Assembly (NCBI GenBank): GCA_964463055.1
Contig: CAYXAX010000002.1
Coordinates: 1 to 47,262, forward strand
DNA: 47,262 nucleotides
Origin: an uncultured Gammaproteobacteria bacterium
GTDB taxonomy: Bacteria > Pseudomonadota > Gammaproteobacteria > CAWJPQ01
Reading direction: 5' to 3'
In this document: positions 19,584-27,609 of the stretch, one piece after another
Layout of the letters: each line of letters starts with the position of its first letter
How positions within the stretch are numbered: position 1 is the first letter of the stretch
Notes under the pieces: model-generated
What the model was told of the DNA's origin: nothing
Database searches by the model: none
The model's input: the letters and a program-made list of their open reading frames with translations, nothing else
Translations under genes and position numbers: made by a program

Positions 19584-20195
19584 TCAGATTTTCTGCAACG
19601 CCAACGCCAGTATCCGCACCGAGTCCGGGGTTTTGTCAGTGATGGCGGCCTGCACCGCGTCGCCAAGCGTGCCCGCCGCCTTATCCACCTCTTTATCCAG
19701 TGTTTTTGCCGTGCCTTGCGCCAAGGCCTGCTCGTGATGCTGGCGCAGCAGCGCCGCCGTGGCCGCCAGACTCACCGGCCGAACCTGTGCACAGCTAAGG
19801 CCCGGCGGGCGCGTCATGGTGTCCAGGACATCGAATCCATCCCCGCCGGCGGCATGGACGGCGATGTGCATGGCCTGTTGGGGCGACGGCGTCTTGTCGT
19901 TTTTGTTTGCGGGAATATCACCCGGCTTGTCCATGCTCATCTCCCCCATCATTTGATGGATGCGCATCATCTCCGGCCCGGCGGTGGCCCGGCGCAGCAA
20001 CGCCAGCGCACCGTCGATGAGTTGTGCACGGGCGGGGGGCTCCGTGCATGCCGCCTGGGCCGTCATCAGCGCCGACTGAGCCACCATGGCGCGTATCTTG
20101 TCCAGTGGCGCCTTCATATCGTCCTTGGGTGCTTTGCCGCACCCGGTGACCAGCAGCACAGCACAGGCCACTGCGGTAACTTTGGAATAGTGCAT
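19584..20195 (-). CDS. hypothetical lipoprotein with Met/His-rich segment
   Basis: 203 aa. The lipoprotein signal is MHYSKVTAVACAVLLVTGC. There is a Met-rich stretch, PEMMRIHQMMGEMSM. I recognise no family. Confidence 0.6.
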   Translation of the reverse strand: MHYSKVTAVACAVLLVTGCGKAPKDDMKAPLDKIRAMVAQSALMTAQAACTEPPARAQLIDGALALLRRATAGPEMMRIHQMMGEMSMDKPGDIPANKNDKTPSPQQAMHIAVHAAGGDGFDVLDTMTRPPGLSCAQVRPVSLAATAALLRQHHEQALAQGTAKTLDKEVDKAAGTLGDAVQAAITDKTPDSVRILALALQKI

Positions 20196-20447
20196 TATCT
20201 GGCCCCCTCGACTGGTTCCATGCGCGGTTAGGTACCGTCCGCAGCCGGTCCGCTCAATCCCGGCGGGATACGTGATTTGATTGCAATGTAAAGTATTATG
20301 CGACGCGTCCAGCGTCCTTTGGTTCCGCGACGCGGCTCAGAGACGGGAAAATCTCCCCTACGGATTGTCTGCCGCGGCGTTTTCCAGGCACGCCGCCACA
20401 CAGCCCGCGCTTGGGCCGGCGCAAGCGCAGGGGGCTGGTGGCCGGGC

Positions 20448-20768
20448 TCACTGCGGCGAGTAAGCGCCCTTGTCGATTACTTGGCCCATCTTTGTGCCTG
20501 GCTCCACGTGACCCATGTAAATCAATTTCGTCTTCGCGTTGCCGCTGTTTTTAGCCACAGGGCTCGTCACCCACTGCCACAGGTCGCCATTGGCCGTATC
20601 CAGAATCATCACTGAGGCCTCCCCGCGGTCCGCATTATTCAATCGCACCATTTGGTAACGCCCCACCGGTCCCTTCATGGAGTTCATGACCTCCGCCGGC
20701 AGCACCGGCGGTGATGCCAGCGCATCGATACAGAACAACATTAGAAAGCCAAATACTGTTTTGTTCAT
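20448..20768 (-). CDS. small secreted hypothetical protein
   Basis: 106 aa with a signal peptide (MNKTVFGFLMLFCIDALASP). Codon usage is coding-like. I recognise no family. Confidence 0.55.
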   Translation of the reverse strand: MNKTVFGFLMLFCIDALASPPVLPAEVMNSMKGPVGRYQMVRLNNADRGEASVMILDTANGDLWQWVTSPVAKNSGNAKTKLIYMGHVEPGTKMGQVIDKGAYSPQ

Positions 20769-21227
20769 AACTGCCTCTGCTTGCTGGAAGAATGGGGCGC
20801 CAAATTCCCTGTACTTGGCACAAGCCCGAAGTATCGTGCCGTATCCTTATGCGGACCTTAGTATGTGCGCTCAGTTGACCGCAATTCGTAAGAGAGCCCT
20901 GGCCAATCAGGCCTGTAAAAATTATGCATGGGGTATATAACTATATTTCCCATGCCCTGGAAACAGCTGCAGGGGTACAATTCGATTTAAGCGGGTTTCG
21001 TCCCTTCGGCTGAAGGCTGCCATCAGGGGGTTAACGGGATTACTCCAAGTAAGAGAAATCACACACAACCGCACATCAGAATTAGTATGACGACTTTGTG
21101 ATATCTTATTGAAGATAAATATAATTTTATTATATAAAAATCGAATCCTCCGTCGACCAAGCCGATGGTTGGGCGTCAACGGGAAAGCGCTATTTTTATG
21201 TCCCTCATAACATCCCGATAATCACCC

Positions 21228-21782
21228 ATGGCCCGCAAAGCAACCATCTTCAAGGCCGGTCTGCAGATCGCGGATATGGATCGCCACTACTACCGTGATC
21301 ATGACCTCACCATCGCCCGCCACCCGTCGGAGACCGACGAGCGCATGATGGTACGTGTGCTGGCCTTCGCGCTCCACGCTCATGACGCCCTGGTGTTCGG
21401 CAAGGGGATCAGCACCGAGGACGAGCCCGCGTTGTGGCAAAAGGATCTGACCGGCGCCATCGACCTATGGATAGACGTGGGTCTGCCCGACGAAAAAGAC
21501 ATCCGTAAGGCCTGTAGCCGCGCCGCACAGGTGGTCATTTATGCCTATGGCGGCCGCAGTGCCGACCTGTGGTGGGGGCACAACAGCGATAGACTCGAAC
21601 GCATCAAAAACCTCACCGTGATCAACCTCCCGGTCGCCGCCACTCAGGCCCTGACCAAGCTGGCACAGCGTACCATGCAATTGCAGTGCACCATCCAGGA
21701 AGGTGGTATCTGGCTGGCGGATAACAATAACCGGATAGAGGTATATCCGGTCACTCTGAAATCCCCCGTGCCTTTGCGCTGA
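21228..21782 (+). CDS. yaeQ: YaeQ-family protein (PD-(D/E)XK-like fold)
   Basis: 184 aa. MARKATIFKAGLQIADMDRHYYRDHDLTIARHPSETDERMMVRVLAFALHA aligns closely with my memory of E. coli YaeQ. Confidence 0.9.
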   Translation: MARKATIFKAGLQIADMDRHYYRDHDLTIARHPSETDERMMVRVLAFALHAHDALVFGKGISTEDEPALWQKDLTGAIDLWIDVGLPDEKDIRKACSRAAQVVIYAYGGRSADLWWGHNSDRLERIKNLTVINLPVAATQALTKLAQRTMQLQCTIQEGGIWLADNNNRIEVYPVTLKSPVPLR

Positions 21783-21890
21783 AAGCAAAGGTGGGAAGTC
21801 TTGTCTCTGGTATACTGCAGCACGGATCGACCAATACGAACTTTGGGCCGTTACTGACGGCATGGTCACTAACATAAAGGAGTGAAGATC

Positions 21891-21989
21891 ATGAGCAAAG
21901 GGCAAGAGCGCAAAAAGGAAACCAAGAAAAAACCGGCCAAAACCCTCATGGAAAAGCGGGCGGAGAAGAAATCCAAAAGAGACAAGTAG
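21891..21989 (+). CDS. unannotated 32-codon lysine-rich small ORF
   Basis: The ORF ATG..TAG encodes MSKGQERKKETKKKPAKTLMEKRAEKKSKRDK and is preceded by AAGGAG. It is below the 60-aa cut-off of the ORF track. Confidence 0.45.
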   Translation: MSKGQERKKETKKKPAKTLMEKRAEKKSKRDK

Positions 21990-21999
21990 CGCCGGGGCG

Positions 22000-22108
22000 G
22001 GCTCGAATAATCAGAAATCACGTCAGGCCGTTAGTGGGCGCCGCCCCATTGTTGCCGGCGCAGCGTAAGTTGAGCCGGGCAAGCCCCGGGAAGTCCATTA
22101 TTCGAGCC
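22000..22108. repeat. 12-bp perfect inverted repeat enclosing 85 nt (long hairpin candidate)
   Basis: GGCTCGAATAAT (22000-22011) pairs with ATTATTCGAGCC (22097-22108). Inner stems are GCGCCG/CGGCGC and CCGGG/CCCGG. Confidence 0.5.
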
Positions 22109-22288
22109 TGGTGTAAAATAACGAATGCACTTTCAGGCCATTTACCCGGAGACGTGGCGGTGCAGGCCGATCTGCCCGTCTTCGCTGGGTCCGCAATGAA
22201 AACTGTCCTCATCTTTCTTGAAGGGGAGGTTGTTCTTTATATGGTTGGTTGTCTTTAGCAGTCATTTACAGTATTCGGAGTTGGCCCC

Positions 22289-22834
22289 GTGGGTAATTCT
22301 CTTTTAGAACAGCTGAAGAAGAGCGGCCTGGTTGATAAAGACAAGGCGCAGAAGGTCAAGCACGGAAAATATAAAAACCAGAAGCAGAAGACTAAAGGTG
22401 GAGCGGCTGAGAAGGTGGACGAGGCCAAGCTGCTGGCGCAGAAGGCGTATGCCGAAAAGGTCGAGCGTGACCGCCTGCTTAACCAGCAGAAAAAGGAAGA
22501 GGCCGAGCGCAAAGCCATTGCCGCCCAGATCAGGCAGCTGATCGAGACCAACCGTGTTGCGGACCGTGATGGGGATATCGCTTACAACTTCACGGATGCC
22601 AATGTGGTCAAGAAGATCTACGTTTCTGATCGAGTGCACGGGCATCTCATGTCCGGCCGCTTGGCGATCGCCAGGCTGGATGAGCGCTATGAGCTGGTGC
22701 CCATGCCGGTGGCGGAGAAGATTAGACAGCGTGATGCGCAGAGCATCATTCAGTCACAGGATAGCGCCGAGCCGGCGCAGGATGGGGATGATCCATATGC
22801 TGACTATAAGATACCTGATGATCTGATGTGGTGA
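22289..22834 (+). CDS. DUF2058 (YaiL-like) family protein
   Basis: 181 aa with a GTG start. It has the N-terminal segment LEQLKKSGLVDKDKAQKVKH, a Lys/Glu-rich coiled region and a conserved C-terminal half. Confidence 0.6.
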   Translation: MGNSLLEQLKKSGLVDKDKAQKVKHGKYKNQKQKTKGGAAEKVDEAKLLAQKAYAEKVERDRLLNQQKKEEAERKAIAAQIRQLIETNRVADRDGDIAYNFTDANVVKKIYVSDRVHGHLMSGRLAIARLDERYELVPMPVAEKIRQRDAQSIIQSQDSAEPAQDGDDPYADYKIPDDLMW

Positions 22835-22917
22835 AACACGGTTAACCTGGAATACGCATATCGCCATGTTATGCCCGGTATAACAGATCAAGCTGGATTT
22901 CGTTCGAATGGCTGGAG

Positions 22918-23307
22918 GTGCAAGTCGGGGTGGTGAAACCGGACAATGACAAGTTGCAGCAGGCGGTGAGTGAATCGCGGCGCGCCCGGGATCTTCGCGA
23001 ACAGGGTTTTCGCGAGCAGGCGCTGAAAATGTATCCGCCGGTCTGCGGCCGCTGCGGCCGCGGGTTTTCCGGCAGGAATCTGCATGAGTTGACAGTGCAC
23101 CACCGTGACCACGATCACGACAACAATCCTGCTGATGGCAGCAACTGGGAGTTGTTGTGTTTATATTGTCACGACAATGAGCATCAGCGGCTGCTGGAGG
23201 CGCGGCTGGGTAATGCCGCCATCGGCGGCGAAAAGCGCACGGGGACCACATTTAGTCCCTTTGCTGATCTCAAATCCATCCTGGATGGGAAATCAAAAAA
23301 GGATTGA
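22918..23307 (+). CDS. yajD: YajD-family HNH nuclease
   Basis: REQALKMYPPVCGRCGRGF...LHELTVHHRDHDHDNNPADGSNWELLCLYCHDNEH matches E. coli YajD as I remember it. The exact start (GTG 22918) is uncertain. Confidence 0.85.
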   Translation: MQVGVVKPDNDKLQQAVSESRRARDLREQGFREQALKMYPPVCGRCGRGFSGRNLHELTVHHRDHDHDNNPADGSNWELLCLYCHDNEHQRLLEARLGNAAIGGEKRTGTTFSPFADLKSILDGKSKKD

Positions 23308-23328
23308 CGCGCTATCGGGTTAACCGGC

Positions 23329-24180
23329 CTATTCTTCAAGTTCATGCCTGTAGCGTTGCCGCGCCGCTTCTTCCTTGATGGCCGCATCCACTTCCCGCAT
23401 GATGCTTTCCACATCAGCCGGTATTTCGCTGCGCTGAAACCGTCCGGTGAGTTCGATATCCGGGTTCAGCCTGCCGCTCTGGTAGTGGGACCAAATCTCC
23501 ATGCTGTAGTCGGTAGCCAGGAGTTCGGGGGCGAAGCGGCCGAAGTAGGCGGCCAGGTTATTGATATCCCGCTCGAGGATGGAGAAGGCGTTATTGTTGC
23601 CTGACGCATTTACGGCCTGGGGCAGGTCGATGATAACGGGGCCGCCGCTGCCGATGAGTACGTTGTATTCCGACAAATCACCATGGACCACCCCGGCGCA
23701 GAGCATGCGAACAACTTGCGCGATCAAGATGCCGTGATATTCGCGGGATTCCTCCGCCGTAAGCACCAGGTCGTTGAGCCTGGGGGCGACACCGCCATCG
23801 TCGCCTGTCACCAGTTCCATCAGCAGCACGCCGTCCGTAAAGCAATAGGGCTGCGGGACCCGTACACCGGCCGCGGTGAGGCGGTACAGCGCGTCAACCT
23901 CGCTGCTTTGCCATACCTCTTCCTGGGCCTGGCGCCCGTAGCGGCCGCCTTTTTCCATGGCGCGGGCGCGACGGCTGTTTCTCACCTTGCGGCCCTCCGA
24001 GTAATCGACGCTGTGGCGGAAGCCGCGCTTGTCGGCCTCTTTGTATACCTTGGCACAACGGGTCTCATCACCACAGCGCACCACGTAGACCATGGCCTCC
24101 TTGCCGCTCATGAGCTGGTGGATGACCTCGTCGACGAGACCGTCTTCGACCAGGGGCTGTATGCGTTTTGGTGTTTTCAT
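23329..24180 (-). CDS. RIO1-family atypical serine protein kinase
   Basis: 283 aa. Motifs are the ATP-binding loop SGKEAMVYV, Lys in AKVYK, the catalytic loop VVHGDLSEYNVLI and the metal-binding segment VIIDLPQAV. Confidence 0.8.
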   Translation of the reverse strand: MKTPKRIQPLVEDGLVDEVIHQLMSGKEAMVYVVRCGDETRCAKVYKEADKRGFRHSVDYSEGRKVRNSRRARAMEKGGRYGRQAQEEVWQSSEVDALYRLTAAGVRVPQPYCFTDGVLLMELVTGDDGGVAPRLNDLVLTAEESREYHGILIAQVVRMLCAGVVHGDLSEYNVLIGSGGPVIIDLPQAVNASGNNNAFSILERDINNLAAYFGRFAPELLATDYSMEIWSHYQSGRLNPDIELTGRFQRSEIPADVESIMREVDAAIKEEAARQRYRHELEE

Positions 24181-24547
24181 GGGGAGCGTATGCCGCCGCT
24201 GTGCGTTACCACGGCTCTAAAGGCAGATAATGGGTTAAGAGGGCAAAGCTGTAATGAAGGTGACGTTTGTTGCTCGCAGGATGCATTAAGCTTTCGAAAA
24301 AATAGCATTGTAGCATAGAGGTGATAGATGCGTGTGGATGCTCTCGATAGCAAGACCCACGGGTGTTGCCCGGCGAACTATAATTTACCAGTGCATTGGG
24401 TTTCAAACCTCCGTTAAACTTGACCTCATTGCGGGGAAAACCGGATCCGGCATGGCGCCGGGCACAAGCGCTGGATTCCACCCCACCGTGCGCCGCGGGA
24501 ATGGACATTGTTAGAGCATTCTATAGTTAAAGACCAAAAAACGTCTC

Positions 24548-25408
24548 ATGTCCCGCCCGACACACCTTGTTGGTTCCCACCACGATATTGAAATAGGGCC
24601 CCTGTTGAACCTGAAAGTGCACGAGGCACTGCTTTCGGCGCTGCGGGCCGGTGTGCCGAGAATCGAGTGTTCCCTGGATCTGGGGCGTTCGATAACGACC
24701 GTGGAGGTGGGGGGAGCGGGCTGGGCGTGGCAGGGCCAACGCTACCCTTACCTGGAAAGCTGTCACAACCGCACCGTCTATTATTGGAGCGACGGCACGT
24801 TTCAGCCCGTATCGCGTTACACGACGTCGCTCTTCAAGCTGGTGCCGACGCAGTGGGGAGCCCCGACTTTTGAGATCGACGGCATCAAGATGCTGCCCAC
24901 GGCGCAAATCTCGCCCTATGAGGATGCCGGGCGCAAAGTCGCACTGATTCAGCCCCGCGGCAAGGTGATTCTGGATACCTGTGGCGGTCTGGGGTATTTT
25001 GCCGCGTGGTGTATGCGCGGCAAGGCGAAGCGGGTGCTTTCCTATGAGAAACAGTCCGACGTGCTCTGGCTGCGGGGGCTCAATCCCTGGTCACCCAAGG
25101 CCGATGACACGTTGCATCTGGTTCTCGGCGATATCAGCCAGGAGATCGAATCGCTGGGCAGTGGTTCAGTGGATGCCGTTTTACACGACCCGCCGCGCTT
25201 CGGTATCGCCGGCGAGCTCTATTCCCAGGTCTTTTATGATCAGCTGGCGCGGGTGCTGAGGCGCAAGGGCAGGCTGTTCCACTACACCGGGACTCCGAAC
25301 AAGCTGACCAGCGGGCGGGATGTGCCCAATGAGGTGGCGAAGCGCCTGCGGCGTTCCGGTTTGACAACGGAGTTGCGCGGTGACGGTGTGCTGGCGATCA
25401 AGGGTTAA
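24548..25408 (+). CDS. class I SAM-dependent methyltransferase with N-terminal extra domain (DPPxF type)
   Basis: 286 aa. Motif I reads ILDTCGGLGYFA and motif IV reads LHDPPRF, as in nucleic-acid or amino-group N-methylases. The roughly 130-aa N-terminal domain is unassigned. Confidence 0.65.
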   Translation: MSRPTHLVGSHHDIEIGPLLNLKVHEALLSALRAGVPRIECSLDLGRSITTVEVGGAGWAWQGQRYPYLESCHNRTVYYWSDGTFQPVSRYTTSLFKLVPTQWGAPTFEIDGIKMLPTAQISPYEDAGRKVALIQPRGKVILDTCGGLGYFAAWCMRGKAKRVLSYEKQSDVLWLRGLNPWSPKADDTLHLVLGDISQEIESLGSGSVDAVLHDPPRFGIAGELYSQVFYDQLARVLRRKGRLFHYTGTPNKLTSGRDVPNEVAKRLRRSGLTTELRGDGVLAIKG

Positions 25409-25562
25409 TGAGTTAACTGATCCGGGATTTTGCTGTATGGCACATGGGATACCGAATTACAGGGCGCGCGCTGACGCCGCGATGTTTTCTGTTGGCGCGT
25501 GTCGCCGGATGACATATGCTTGCGGGTTTGTGGTCTCAATGAATCTCATTTCAGGGGCGAGC

Positions 25563-25811
25563 ATGAAGATATTGGTGCGCAACCTGTCGCGCGATATCAC
25601 CGAGGGTGAGCTGCTGGCCTTGTTCCAGGCCCATGGCAATGTTCAGTACTGCAAGCTGGTGACGGATAAGGACACCGGCGTCTCCAAGGGTTTTGGCTTT
25701 GTCGAGATGCCCAGCCCCGGGCAGGCCAAGGCGGCCATTAAGGCGCTCAATGCCCAGGAAGTAGGCGCCAGCAGGATCCGTGTGAAGAGGGCGGACAAGG
25801 GCGGTGAATAG
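25563..25811 (+). CDS. RRM-type RNA-binding protein
   Basis: Track ORF 25380..25811 trimmed to ATG 25563. It is 82 aa with RNP2 ILVRNL and RNP1 KGFGFVEM. Confidence 0.85.
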   Translation: MKILVRNLSRDITEGELLALFQAHGNVQYCKLVTDKDTGVSKGFGFVEMPSPGQAKAAIKALNAQEVGASRIRVKRADKGGE

Positions 25812-25817
25812 CGCCTC

Positions 25818-26087
25818 TTGCCAAGCGTGCCCCGTGCGCGGGTGGGTTTTTCCGGGGTGAGAGAAAACCAGATCAATAACCCGCTGCATGGCGTTACACT
25901 GGAGATGATGCTGACGCGTTTGGTGGAATACTATGGCTGGAAGGGCTTGGGAGACAGGATCGATATCAAGTGTTTCAACCAGGACCCGAGCATAAAATCG
26001 AGTCTTAAGTTTCTGAGGAGAACCCCGTGGGCGCGCCAGGAGGTGGAGGGCCTGTACCTGCGTACACCGTCTGCAGGGGGTGGCTGA
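25818..26087 (+). CDS. VF530 / DUF2132-family putative nucleic-acid-binding protein
   Basis: [62 protein letters not shown] resembles the VF530 family. It begins 6 nt after the RRM gene. The start codon is uncertain. Confidence 0.7.
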   Translation: MPSVPRARVGFSGVRENQINNPLHGVTLEMMLTRLVEYYGWKGLGDRIDIKCFNQDPSIKSSLKFLRRTPWARQEVEGLYLRTPSAGGG

Positions 26088-26178
26088 TGCACGGCGTTCG
26101 CATCGACGGTATCGAATGACTTCACCAGGGACGGGCAGATCAGGGGTAAGGGTTGCAATTCGCGTTGAGGAGGAATTG

Positions 26179-26574
26179 ATGAATTCGGAAGAGAGCATCT
26201 GCAATGAATTGATCGACGCGCTGAACGGTTGGTCATGGAAATGGGACGACCGGTTTGGCAGCGTTCTGACCGAGTTCAGCGTGGCTGAGCAGACCAGGGT
26301 CCGGGATGTCCTGAAACGGGTTTTCCGCGATGAGTGGAGCAGCGCCAATATCGGAGCAGCGCCTGATGTCGTGCGGGCGGTTAAAGAGCATTGCGGCGGG
26401 CTGATGCCGGGACAGATTCTTTTTACGCCGGATACGGGGCAGGGAGATTTTGTGTTTGGTGCCTGGTGGCCGTGGGGCAATGGGCGGACCATCTCTCTTC
26501 GTATCGCGCCATTTAGCACGCAATCCCCCGGGGCGGACCGAATCGATCAATTTAAAGCGCGCTTCGGGCTGTAG
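26179..26574 (+). CDS. hypothetical protein
   Basis: Track ORF 26080..26574 trimmed to ATG 26179, which is preceded by GAGGAGG. It is 131 aa. I recognise no family. Confidence 0.55.
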   Translation: MNSEESICNELIDALNGWSWKWDDRFGSVLTEFSVAEQTRVRDVLKRVFRDEWSSANIGAAPDVVRAVKEHCGGLMPGQILFTPDTGQGDFVFGAWWPWGNGRTISLRIAPFSTQSPGADRIDQFKARFGL

Positions 26575-26636
26575 GGTGGTTGTGGGCAACCGGCGACGCA
26601 GGATTATGGTTTGAATGGGTATCTCATGAGGCGGCG

Positions 26637-27347
26637 ATGATTCCCTGGGTATTGCTCGGCGAGGCGCAGGTGGCGGTGGGCGGCAGACGCTTATCGCTGT
26701 ATCAGCGTGACATGGAGTTTTCCATCCGACTCAGCGGCGGCGGCGGTGAACTGATGAACAGCCGCAGTCACGGCTCCGAGGAGAAGCTGGCCGAACTCGC
26801 CTGTCGCCGGCTGGCAGGGTGCGCCCGGCCCCATATGCTGATCGGCGGTCTGGGCATGGGGTATACGCTGGCCGCGGCCCTGCGCCACCTCGGTGACGAT
26901 GCGCGGGTGACGGTATCGGAACTGGTGCCGGCGGTGGTGGCCTGGAACCGCGGGCCACTGGGCGGACTTGCCGGTGATCCGCTGTCGGATCCGCGGGTCA
27001 TTGTCTACGAGGGCGATGTGGCGCGCAGCATCATGGCGCGGCCGCGCGCCTATGATGCGATACTGCTTGACGTCGATAACGGCCCTGAAGGCCTGACCCA
27101 TGCAGACAACGACTGGCTCTACGGCTGCGAAGGTTTATCTGCGGCGTATGCCGCGTTGCGCGCCGGTGGCATACTGGCCGTGTGGTCGGCCGGATACGAT
27201 CAGGCGTTCACCGGCCGACTGCTCAAGGCGGGTTTTGACGTGGAGGAGGTGTCGGTGCGCTCACGCGGTTCCAAAGGCTCACGGCACATGATCTGGCTGG
27301 CCCAAAGCCAGCCGGGTAGCAGGCAACATAAATTTCGAACCCCCTAA
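26637..27347 (+). CDS. spermidine-synthase-like class I methyltransferase-fold protein
   Basis: Track ORF trimmed to ATG 26637. LIGGLGMGYTLAAAL, the acidic SELVPAVV and ILLDVDNGP fit the spermidine synthase/aminopropyltransferase-like fold. Confidence 0.6.
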   Translation: MIPWVLLGEAQVAVGGRRLSLYQRDMEFSIRLSGGGGELMNSRSHGSEEKLAELACRRLAGCARPHMLIGGLGMGYTLAAALRHLGDDARVTVSELVPAVVAWNRGPLGGLAGDPLSDPRVIVYEGDVARSIMARPRAYDAILLDVDNGPEGLTHADNDWLYGCEGLSAAYAALRAGGILAVWSAGYDQAFTGRLLKAGFDVEEVSVRSRGSKGSRHMIWLAQSQPGSRQHKFRTP

Positions 27348-27609
27348 GCTGAGTCGTTTTTCGCGCAGTTTTAACCGCCAACAGGCAATCCCCGTCTCTA
27401 TCCGCAGCACCCCGCCCGCAATTGCCGCTCTGAGCGGCCGCCGTCGCAAATATATGTGTAATTTCAGTAATTAACGCCTGTGCCGATAGGCTCTTGAGGG
27501 AATTTTCCAGGTCAGCGGCGGGCAAGCGTAACCGCCTCCGGCCGATGCCATGCGTTAATAAAATTATTCATTAAAACAATGTGTTATATCTCACGCCAAC
27601 ATTTGCCAA

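Noticed and set aside
20816-20832. TGGCAC looks like a sigma-54 -24 element upstream of the small secreted-protein gene.
   Set aside because: It is on the plus strand and points away from the minus-strand gene. The -12 element is also absent: CGAAG sits where TTGC is required.
21141-21159. TCGAATCCTCCGTCGACCA resembles the 3' end of a tRNA (T-loop, 5-nt T-stem, 7-nt acceptor strand, discriminator A). It could mark a relic att site.
   Set aside because: The recognisable core (TCGAATCC) is an 8-mer expected about once by chance in 2 x 47 kb. There is no tRNA gene, integrase or matching direct repeat in the window.
25551-26519. A 322-aa minus-strand ORF spans the RRM, VF530 and hypothetical genes.
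   Set aside because: It runs antisense across three well-supported plus-strand genes, including two with clear family motifs. It has no motifs or SD of its own. It is a GC-driven open frame.
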